In this document: positions 7,573 through 17,400 of the stretch, one piece after another
How the letters are laid out: the number at the start of each line of letters is the position of its first letter
How positions within the stretch are numbered: position 1 is the stretch's first letter
NCBI GenBank assembly: GCA_964537265.1
Contig: CAZHZE010000002.1
Span: forward strand, 100,861-164,860
Length of the DNA stretch: 64,000 nucleotides
Reading direction: 5' to 3'
DNA from: an uncultured Gammaproteobacteria bacterium
GTDB lineage: Bacteria > Patescibacteriota > Patescibacteriia > Patescibacteriales > GWC2-42-12
The notes under the pieces: generated by a model
Told to the model about the DNA's origin: nothing
The model's database searches: none
The model's input: only the letters and a program-made list of their open reading frames with translations
Program-made: the position numbers and the translations under genes

Positions 7573-10017
7573 ATGCAACTATCCCTAAATTGGTTAAAAG
7601 ATTTTGTAGATATTCCTAAAGAGGTATCGGCTTTAGAATTGGGGAAAAAATTAACTATGCATACGGTAGAAGTGGAGAAAGTTGAAGCGCAGGCCGAGAA
7701 ATATAAAAATGTAATTGTGGGAAAAATTTTAGAAGTTAAGCCGCATCCTAATGCGGATAGATTAAGATTGGCTTTAGTTGAAATCGGCAAAGAGAAATTA
7801 GAAATTGTTTGCGGCGCTTCCAATATAGAATCCGGCCAATTAGTCCCCGTGGCTTTAGCCGGCGCGATTTTACCTAATGGTATAGAAATACAACCGGCGG
7901 AAATCAGGGGAGTAAAATCTAACGGCATGCTTTGCGCCGCGGATGAATTAGGATTAGGCGAAGATCATACCGGCATTTTAATTTTAGATAAAGTTAAAGT
8001 CGGACAAAATTTTAGCGATTATTTAAATTTGAATGATGTTGTTTTTGAAGTTGATAATAAAAGCATTACGCATCGGGCTGACTTATGGTCGCACTACGGC
8101 ATGGCGCGGGACATTTCAGCATTTTTAAATTCTAAATTTAAAATTTATCAGCCTAAAGCCGGAATTTTAAAAGCAAAAAAAGTTTACCCCGTTAAATTCC
8201 TGAAAGGAAAGCAGGGCGTATTTAATGGGGTTAATTTTAAATTTGATGTTAAAGTGGAAAATTTTTCTTTATGTCCGCGCTATATGGCGGTTGGCGTTGA
8301 GGGCATAAAAATCGCGCCGTCGCCGAAATGGATGCAAGATCGATTATCCGCGGCCGGCATGCGCCCGATTAATAATATTGTTGATGTAACTAATTATGTC
8401 ATGCTTGAACTAGGTCAACCTTTACACGCTTTTGATAAAAATTTTGTTGATAAAATTGTAGTAAGAACCGCTAAAGTTGGCGAAATTATTGAAACACTCG
8501 ATGGCATAAAGAGAAAATTAGAATCTGATATGTTAGTTATTGCCGATAAAGTTAAACCCATAGCTGTGGCCGGAGTAATGGGCGGGCGAACAAGTGAAAT
8601 TAATGATAAAACCGAAGCCATAATAATTGAATCAGCTAATTTTGATTTTGGTTCAGTTAGAAAGACGGCGCAGAGACTCGGGCTTAGAACTGAATCTTCT
8701 ATGCGTTTTGAAAAAGGTTTAGATCCGAACTTATGCGAGTTGGGATTATCGCGAGCCGTAGAATTAATTTTACAAATTTGTCCAGAAGCGCGAGTAGCCG
8801 CAAATTTGTTTGATGAAAAAAAATATAAGTTAAACCAAGGGCCGATTGAATTTAATTTAAATTGGTTGGCTCGATTTATTGGCTGTGAATTTACTTCTAA
8901 ACAAGTAAAGCAAATTTTAGAAAAATTAGGTTTTACTTTAAAAATAAATGGCGACAATTTTAAAGTAACGGTGCCAAGTTGGCGCGCGGTGCATGACGTA
9001 AGCTTAAAAGAAGATTTGGCTGAAGAGATAGTAAGAATTTATGGCTATAATAATTTAAAATCCGAAATGCCTAAAGTAAATTTAATTCCACCTCTAATGA
9101 TAGAAGAAAAGTTATTGATTAGAAAAATCAAAAATATTTTATCAATAGGGGCTGGATTTTGCGAAACCTATAATTATTCTTTTCTTAGCAGGCAGCAGGC
9201 AGAAAAATTAAAATTTGATTCAGTAATTAAATTAGCTAATCCGCTTTCGGAAGATTTAGCGATTTTAAGGCCGAGTTTAATTCCGGCTATTTTAGAAAAT
9301 ATAAAAATCAATCAGGCCGGAGAAGATGAAATAGCTATGTATGAAATTGGAGAAATATTTTTAAATAAGCCGGGAGATATTAAAAAAGATGAAAGCGGGA
9401 AAGAAAAATTGCCTTCTCAGGAAAAACGTTTAGTTATCGCTTTGGCTGGCGGCGACGGAGAAGATTTATTTAGAAAATTAAAAGGCGTGATAGAATTTTT
9501 ATTAACCTCTTTAAATTTGCAGACAACTTTTGAATTTGAAGCGTCAAAATATAATAATTCAGCTTCGGCAAAAATTATCGCCAATAATTCTGATATTGGG
9601 ATAGTAGCTGAAATTAATAAGAGTTTAAAACAACTTTTTGGCGTAAAGAAAAATACTGCCATAGCGGAAATTAACTTGCCAGCCTTATTAAATTTAGTAA
9701 AAAACATGGCAGTTAAGCAATATAAAGAGCCGCCAAAACATCCTGCGGTTAGCCGTGATTTAGCATTTGTGGTAAATAAAAAAATATTGTATAATAATAT
9801 CAAGAAACAGATGATAGATTTTAGTGATTTGATAAGTAAAGTTGAGTTGTTTGATGTCTATCAAGGCGATAAATTGGGCCAAGATAAAAAGAGCCTGGCT
9901 TTTCATATTATATACCAGGCAAACAGAACTTTAATTTCTGAAGAAGTTGATGCGGTTCAAGAAAAATTAATAAAGCATTTAGAGAAAGAGTTTGAAGCTA
10001 AAATAAGAGACTTCTAG
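7573..10017 (+). CDS. pheT: Phenylalanine-tRNA ligase beta subunit
   Basis: HPNADRL, IVCGASN, RGVKSNGMLC, NNIVDVTNY, EEIVRIYGY, and FDX-ACB domain with RDLAF and FDVYQG. Confidence 0.98.
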   Translation: MQLSLNWLKDFVDIPKEVSALELGKKLTMHTVEVEKVEAQAEKYKNVIVGKILEVKPHPNADRLRLALVEIGKEKLEIVCGASNIESGQLVPVALAGAILPNGIEIQPAEIRGVKSNGMLCAADELGLGEDHTGILILDKVKVGQNFSDYLNLNDVVFEVDNKSITHRADLWSHYGMARDISAFLNSKFKIYQPKAGILKAKKVYPVKFLKGKQGVFNGVNFKFDVKVENFSLCPRYMAVGVEGIKIAPSPKWMQDRLSAAGMRPINNIVDVTNYVMLELGQPLHAFDKNFVDKIVVRTAKVGEIIETLDGIKRKLESDMLVIADKVKPIAVAGVMGGRTSEINDKTEAIIIESANFDFGSVRKTAQRLGLRTESSMRFEKGLDPNLCELGLSRAVELILQICPEARVAANLFDEKKYKLNQGPIEFNLNWLARFIGCEFTSKQVKQILEKLGFTLKINGDNFKVTVPSWRAVHDVSLKEDLAEEIVRIYGYNNLKSEMPKVNLIPPLMIEEKLLIRKIKNILSIGAGFCETYNYSFLSRQQAEKLKFDSVIKLANPLSEDLAILRPSLIPAILENIKINQAGEDEIAMYEIGEIFLNKPGDIKKDESGKEKLPSQEKRLVIALAGGDGEDLFRKLKGVIEFLLTSLNLQTTFEFEASKYNNSASAKIIANNSDIGIVAEINKSLKQLFGVKKNTAIAEINLPALLNLVKNMAVKQYKEPPKHPAVSRDLAFVVNKKILYNNIKKQMIDFSDLISKVELFDVYQGDKLGQDKKSLAFHIIYQANRTLISEEVDAVQEKLIKHLEKEFEAKIRDF
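8186..8231. repeat. Palindromic element copy 2, in-frame in pheT
   Basis: accccgttaaat ... atttaatggggt; encodes PVKFLKGKQGVFNGV. Confidence 0.8.
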
Positions 10018-10020
10018 GAT

Positions 10021-10130
10021 AATTTTCAATTTTCAATTTTCAATTTTCAAACAATTTTCAATTTTTTAATGTTTTAAAATTAATACATTAAAATATTGTT
10101 TAGAAATTAGAAATTAGAAATTGAGAATTA
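10021..10130. repeat. Inverted heptamer arrays (AATTTTC)n ... (AGAAATT)n
   Basis: Four or more tandem aattttc at 10021 and three to four agaaatt at about 10101-10130; the arrays are approximately complementary. Confidence 0.8.
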
Positions 10131-10142
10131 ATTATAGCTCCC

Positions 10143-10817
10143 ATGCCTGAAAGCTCACAATTTAATGAAAATGGCCAAGGTTTAGATAAAGAACCTTTAA
10201 CGCCATCACCTTTGGATAAAAACCAAAAAATCGCGGTTATAGGATTAGCGATTTTTGCTGTTCTCGTTGTTATATTATGGGTAGCGCAGTTAAAAAATAA
10301 TATTTACGGTCCGTTTAATAATTCAACCAGCCAAAATCAAATTGCCAGCGAACAAGAAAATAATGATCAAGTTTTAAAAAATAAAGATACGGACGGGGAC
10401 GGTTTAAACGATTACGATGAGTTAAATGTTTATGAAACCTCTCCTTATTTGGAAGACACTGATTCGGACGGATTTAAAGACGGCGAAGAAATAGCTAAGG
10501 GCTATGACCCTAATTGCCCGCAGGGTAAAACTTGCAATGGAGGTTTATTAGATAATCCTCCCGTAGAAGCCACGAGCACAGACACAAGTTTAAATAATAC
10601 ATCTAACAATTTACTTAATTTGTTGGGCGGTAGCAGTAATCAATCGGCGGATAGTTCGAATAATTTAACTAGTGAGCAATTAGATATTATTAAAAATATA
10701 GACGCCGCTACTTTGCGCCAAATGCTTTTAGAAAAAGGCATGGATAAAGCGACTTTAGATAAAATAAGCGACGCCGATCTTTTAAAAAGTTTTCAGGAAG
10801 TATTAAATAAAGAATAA
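10143..10817 (+). CDS. Membrane-anchored protein with DxDxDG Ca-binding (thrombospondin type 3-like) repeats
   Basis: N-terminal TM; DTDGDGLNDYDE and DTDSDGFKDGEE. Confidence 0.8.
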   Translation: MPESSQFNENGQGLDKEPLTPSPLDKNQKIAVIGLAIFAVLVVILWVAQLKNNIYGPFNNSTSQNQIASEQENNDQVLKNKDTDGDGLNDYDELNVYETSPYLEDTDSDGFKDGEEIAKGYDPNCPQGKTCNGGLLDNPPVEATSTDTSLNNTSNNLLNLLGGSSNQSADSSNNLTSEQLDIIKNIDAATLRQMLLEKGMDKATLDKISDADLLKSFQEVLNKE

Positions 10818-10837
10818 AATCCTGTATTTTACAGGAT

Positions 10838-10871
10838 AAAAAAAGCCTCGAGGATTTAGAGTCCGCGAGGC
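10838..10871 (-). terminator. Intrinsic terminator for 10900..11400
   Basis: Minus strand gcctcg...cgaggc followed by T7. Confidence 0.65.
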
Positions 10872-10899
10872 AAGTTAGAGGTTTAATGAACGATTGCCT

Positions 10900-11400
10900 T
10901 TACCGGAAGCCCATTGCCGGAATAGTGGCGGAAGAAATAGTCTCTGTTTTTTCAGGAGCGACGTTTTCCGCGATGGGGCCGAGGTCGAACTTGGCAAGTT
11001 CATTAAATTGATTTTTAATAAATTCTTTTTTCTCGGCTTCAGTCATCTTAAAGAAGTTATCCATCATTTTTATGTCTTCAGAGTTGTCTTTATCAAAATA
11101 TATAACTTTAACAGGTTGGCCATTGCTGCAAGCCACAAAAAGAATACAAGTTTTTTTGTTATAATATCCATCTCTAACGCTGATATCGTAATTTCCAACC
11201 ATCATTCTTTCTCGCTGTTTTCCGTAACTTGAATCCGTTTGTTTTTCTGAAGAAGAATTTTTATCAGATGATGTTAACGCAGTCGCCAATTTTGCTCCTT
11301 CAATTACGTAAGCGCCGACATAGAGAGTTTCAGCAAGGCATCCGCTACAGAATAACAAAATAAACGTTAAAATTGATAAACGATATATTTTCTTTTTCAT
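10900..11400 (-). CDS. Putative lipoprotein, hypothetical
   Basis: MKKK, hydrophobic stretch, then CSGC lipobox-like motif. GGAGG lies 7 nt upstream; the gene has its own terminator. Confidence 0.7.
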   Translation of the reverse strand: MKKKIYRLSILTFILLFCSGCLAETLYVGAYVIEGAKLATALTSSDKNSSSEKQTDSSYGKQRERMMVGNYDISVRDGYYNKKTCILFVACSNGQPVKVIYFDKDNSEDIKMMDNFFKMTEAEKKEFIKNQFNELAKFDLGPIAENVAPEKTETISSATIPAMGFR

Positions 11401-11485
11401 TTCATAACCTCCTGTGGTTTATTAAATTTTTGATTTTTTATAAGTTTAATAAGAACAATTTCTTGAATATTATATTAACATATAT

Positions 11486-14400
11486 ATGAAAAATTGTCAA
11501 AAAATAAAAAAACAAAAAAACAAAAAAATATTTGATAAAAATTTATATAAATTTTTAATTTTAATTATTCTAATTATAGGTTATTTATTTTTTACTCAAA
11601 ATATTGTTTTTGCAGCCGGTGGTGTCGCCGACTTAAATAGTTTTTCTACACAGGGTAATGCGTCTGCTATTGCTGATGCTATTAAAACTAGTGCGCCGGG
11701 GACAGAGTCAGCAGTTGATAAAGGCACAAAAACAACATGGTGGGATGACCTTAAACAATTAAATTATGACAAACTTATAGATAGATTAGCAGAGTCTACG
11801 GCAATAGCTTATAAAGCAATGTTAAAAAACTTTTTAAATACTTTGGCTTATGATACTGCTACTTATTTAGCTACCGGAGATAAAGGACAACAACCTATGT
11901 TTATCACCGAGGGTTGGGGAGAATATTTAAAAAATACTGCCGATAATGCGGCCGGAACTTTTATAGAAACTTTGGGTAAAAAAGATGGTATAGCCGAATT
12001 TAATCTTTGTACTCCAGATCCAAAAGTTTTATTAAAAATAAATTTAGGCTTAAAAAAGGAAGTTCGTCCGAGCGCCCCGGAATGTAAATTTAGCAAGTTA
12101 GTAAGCAATTGGGATCAGGCTCTTAAAGATAAAGATTTTTTAACAAAATTTCAGGACATGTTTAACCCTTGGTCAAACGATTTGGGCATAGCTTTGACTT
12201 TGCAAACCGGCATGACTCAGTCAATTAATATAGACGTTGACAATGCTTTAAATGAAAGATTGCAAACCGAAGGTTATAAAAATTTAACAGATCCTATTAC
12301 GGGTAAAATAAAAACTCCTGCCGTATTAATCAAAGAGTATGGCACAGATACATTAAGAAAGTCCAGTGAAGATTATTTTACTTATACCGGCAATGCAGTT
12401 GCTGACGCTATTGATGTTTTTGTTAATACGCTTTTAGGTAAATTAGTAGATCAATGGATGAAAAAAGGCATAGTTACTGATTTTGCCAGCAAAGCTACCA
12501 GCGGTTTAACCGATTCTAATGCGCAAAACGAAGGCGGAGGTATTTCTGAGGCTGAGGATAGATTTAAAAAATTAGTTGAAGCCAGTTTTAAGGTTAGAGG
12601 AGATTATGATATTTTAAATGAATTAACTATGTGTCCTGACCCGAGTAAGGCCGGTCCGACTGATTGTGTAATTGACCAAAAGTTTAGAGAAGCTATAGAA
12701 AAAAAATTAACGGTTAAGCAGGCTATAGAACAAGGCTATTTAAATGGCAATGGTATATTTGGCTTTACTTCTGACGGGCTAGAACCTAATTATAAAGAAG
12801 GCTATCCCTATCGCTCAATGACTATTTTAAGAAAATTTAGAATTTTGCCGGTTGGCTGGGAAGTGGCGGCAGAAAAAATTAAAGATCAGCAACAGATAGT
12901 AAAAGGCACAAAAAATTTAAAATATTTAGTTGATTGTTTTGAGGGCGGAGAAGACTGGTGCCGAGGTTTAATTGATCCTAATTGGGTTTTAAAAGCGCCG
13001 CAGAATTATTGCGCCAAAGAAGGCGCTGGTCCGGAAGTTTTATCACAAGAAGTTTACGGCGAAGGATCGAATAGCTATTTGGTTGTTTCCAGAAATGAAT
13101 CTTATTGCGCCGACGAGCAATCATGCGTTAAAGAAAAAAGCGACGGCTCTTGCCAGGTTTATGGATATTGCACCGAGGAAAAAAGAACCTGGGATTTTAA
13201 CGCAAAATCTTGCGAACCGCGTGAGAATACTTGCCAGACTTTTAAATTAGGCGACCAAACCATATCTTATTTACAAAATACTTTAGATTATAGCGTTTGC
13301 AATGCTGGCAATGCCGGGTGTAAAAAATATGCTGTCAGCGGTTTGTATGATATTGATACCCAATCGGTCAATTGGAATGAAGCGAATAACCCTTTGTATT
13401 TTAATAAAAATGCGGAAACTTGCCAGGAAGAAGATGAAGGCTGCCATGCTTTTATAAGATTGGATCCCGGGCAAGATGAATCTTATATAGATATTAGAGA
13501 AGCCGGCATCAGCACGGCTTATAGCAGATTTTCCTCAACCGGCACAATTTATGAAAAATTATTACCTAATTATTTAGAAAGCGTTTGCTATGGAATAGAC
13601 GGCAAACTTAAGAGTACCGCTCCGGAAAAATGTTTGGATTTTGTCCGTAAATGCAGGGTCGAAGAAGCAGGTTGCGAATTATATACTAATTCACTAGACG
13701 GCTCGGAAATTCCGGCTAAAGTTTATCCTAACGATTATTGCCCATCAGAATGCGTCGGTTATGATACTTACATACAAAAAGAAACTGCTTTTGATCTAAG
13801 CCGAGAAGCTTATTTCATTCCCAGAACCGCTAGAAAATGTACAGCCGAAGCCGTTGGTTGCAGTCAGTTTACTAATTTAGATGAAGTTGCCAGAGGCGGA
13901 GAAGGAATTGAATATTACAGCGTTTTAAGACAATGTTTAAAGAAAACCGGCAATGAAGGAAGTTGCGCTGAATTTTATAGCTGGGAAGGATCGGATGAGT
14001 CCGGTTATCAGTTAAAAGTTGAAACATTAAAAGCCAATAATTCAGAGCCGGCGGTTACTTCCAGCGATTCAGCTTTATGCAATGAAACAATTTATAATTT
14101 ACTACCAAGCAATCCAGCCTATAATCCTGATTGCCGTCAATTTTATAATCGCGAAGGTTTTTTATCTTATCATTTATATAATTATACAATTTCCTGCTCA
14201 GACGATTGCCATCCTTACCGCAAAACAATTTCAGAAACTGAAGCAGCTGAGTCATGCAAAGGCGGAACATGGAATAATGCCGATAGATCATGCATTTATA
14301 TGGCTATACCAGGGCAGGGAGTTAGATGCACGGCTGCGCAAAACGGCTGTCGAGAATATACGGGCAATACCGGCAACAACGTAAGAAATATTTTTGTTGA

Positions 14401-17400
14401 TGATTTTACCGGCGGCACTACTGCTAATTGGGTTGGTGTTAATGGTTCTACTGTCGAGCCATCCAGCGAATCGATTAATTTAGATGCTAATAATAAAGGC
14501 AGTTCTTTATATGTAAAAGGCGGGCAGTTTAGCGCCAGCCGTACGGTCGGAACTTCTGTTAGCAGAGGCAAATCTTATGTTTTAAGCTTTGTGGCTAAAG
14601 CCGCCGCCAACACTGTTTTAAATTTAAGCTTTGTTAATTCAAATAATGAAAGAGCCAATTTTGCCCAAGTTTCTTTAACTATTGATTGGCAGATTTTTCA
14701 AACTAATTTAGCCGATCTTGATCATGAAGTTAGCTTGGATGAAATATTATTATTGGCAGCCGGAAATAATTTTTATATTGACAATATAACTTTAACAGAA
14801 GTAGTTGATCGCTATTATTTAATAAAAGATTCTTGGGTTACGCCGGCATCATGCGATGAAGACCAGGCAGGCGCCCCGCATGCTTTATATATGCTTGGTT
14901 GCGGCAGATATACTGATCGGGATAATAAAACGCATTATTTAAAAAGTTTTACCGAACTTTGTTCGGAATCGGCCGTGGGCTGCGAGATGATGATTGATAC
15001 AAAAAATTCTACCGATATAGATGATGATGATTTTGCTTATGTTGTTTATGATAAAGATAAATTATGCAACGCTCAGGATAAAGGTTGCCAGCTTTTAGGC
15101 AAAGCCTATGAATACGAAGATATAACTCTTTATATTGATGCTTATTTAAAAAACGATCCGGATAAATATAATACAATTTCTTGCGTAGCTGATGCGGTCG
15201 GCTGCGAAGCTTTTACATATGATGGCGGTGAAAAATATTTTAAAGATCCTGGCGATCAGGTTTGTGAATGGCGCAAGCAAAGTGATTCAGTAAATTATAG
15301 TTGGTATAAAAAGAAAGTTAAGCGTTGCGGAGGTGATGGCGGAGAAATTTGTTTTAAGGATGCCGATTGCGCAGCAGGAAAAACTTGTAAGATGGAAACT
15401 AAAGATAATGATTGTCAAACTAGCGGTATTAAAACCTTAGGCTTTGGCGGTATAGGTAATAAAGTAGAGCAGCCGACTTTTGATAATTATGGCTATAGTT
15501 GGGCTGGCATTTGTTCAGCCGCTAACTCTGGTTGTACAGAATACATTGATCCTGTTTCAAAATTTAATACTAATTTAATTTTTAATGGTGATTTTCAGGA
15601 TTTAGATGGAAACGGTACATATAATGATGGTTGGGGCGGCGGCTTAAGCCAAGATATAGTTTTAGAAGCAAATACTGTTTACCGTATATCAGGACCATTA
15701 ACTTTAAATTGCCAATCAGGCGGATTTTATACTATAAATTCCAATAATAATTTTACTGGTTTAGTGGCGCCAGCTTCAATTTCAACATCAGCAATTTTTT
15801 ATAATAACAATAATATAGCAGTTAATTGCAAAGCAAGCGTTCCAGCAGCTGACCCAAGCAAACCGGTTGCTTTAAGAAAAATAATAGTTGATTATCAGTT
15901 AAAACAAAATGTAAACTTTACTTCTTGCAACGGCATAGTTGATTTTGATGATGGTTGTGTTTTATTTAATCAACGCAGTTATGACGGCGCTTATTTGGCA
16001 AAATTAACTTTTAACGCTGATGCTACGACTAATGGCGGAACTCCGGAAAAATCCGGTACATTAAACGCGAATACTATAATTAAAGTTTCTCCGGATCGCG
16101 TCTGTGACAAATGGTTGTCTTGCAGAAGTTATATTAAAGATGAAAAAAATAATAATGTTTGTTTTGATGTGGGATTATGTGATGCGGTTGATGCCAATGG
16201 CAATTGTTCAAACTTTATTCAATCAGTAAAAAGCAATCAAGCCATCAGTTCTTCGGCGGATGCAAATAAAATTAGCAATTTATCCGGCTATGCAAAAGTT
16301 GGAATTGCTAACGGCAGTTTAAAGAGCGATTATTATCCTTTGGGAGCAATGGTGCAAGAAGGTGAATTAATTAATTTAGCTAATGGCAGTTTTGAATATT
16401 ATGGTTCTAATTTTTATCCAATAGGTTGGAACTGGAGCGGTTTAAATACCCAGTGGGATGCTAACTTCTTTTCAATTGTTAACAATCCTGTTTCGGCTCA
16501 AACTGAATCTATCGGTTATGCGCCTGACGGCAATTCTTTCTTAAAATTAGGTTCGTCTTATAGCGCAATCAGCGAAGAAACTGATGTTATGCCAAATACT
16601 AAATATATTATTACGGCCTATGTTAATACAAAAAATTTAAAATCAGGCACGGCGAAAATAGATATTTTGGATAATTCTGAATCCGTGATTAACAATAGCG
16701 GCTCTGAAACAATAAGCCAATCGCTGGGCATGGATTGGCAATTTCAAGTAGGAACATTTACCACCGACGCAAACGATTCAAGAATAAAAATAAAACTTTA
16801 TTCAGCTTCAGCAGGATCAGTTGCAAGCCAAGGCAATTTCTATTTTGATGATATAAAAATAAGACCGGCTTTAAATTCAAGAAAAATTAGTTATACGTCA
16901 AGCACTGAATGGTATACGACCCAATCTTGCCGTCTTTACCCAAAAAATGATTCTTTGTCTTGCGATTATTATGAAGATTCAGGAATAAGACAAAAAGGTT
17001 GGTATGGTTATTGTTTAGAATATGATAGAGCCCCGGGCAATCCTAACAATTGTATTTTATGGTATCCGGTTGATAAGGTTAAAGGCGATGGCATTGAAGA
17101 GGGAGCAGGATATACGGGTAGATTCCCATTATATTATACTATTGCCGGCGTGTCGGTTGCTAATAACGCGAAAGCGCATTTTAGCGTGAAGTGCTCTGGA
17201 GTAACTAAAAATTTGAACAGCGATTTTGGATTGCCATTTTCGTCTTTAATACCCTTAAATTATGCGGTTAACCAATATAATAAAAATACTATAGATAATA
17301 TAACTATTGATGCCTTGGTGTTAAATGTTGCTAATAATTGGCAGGCGTGTACGCAAAAATGCTTTAGCACTTGGACCCCAGAGCCATACGTTGATGTTGA

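Noticed and set aside
10021-10130. CRISPR array
   Set aside because: 7-bp tandem units without unique spacers, and no cas genes. The Cas4-like nuclease is fused to a helicase.
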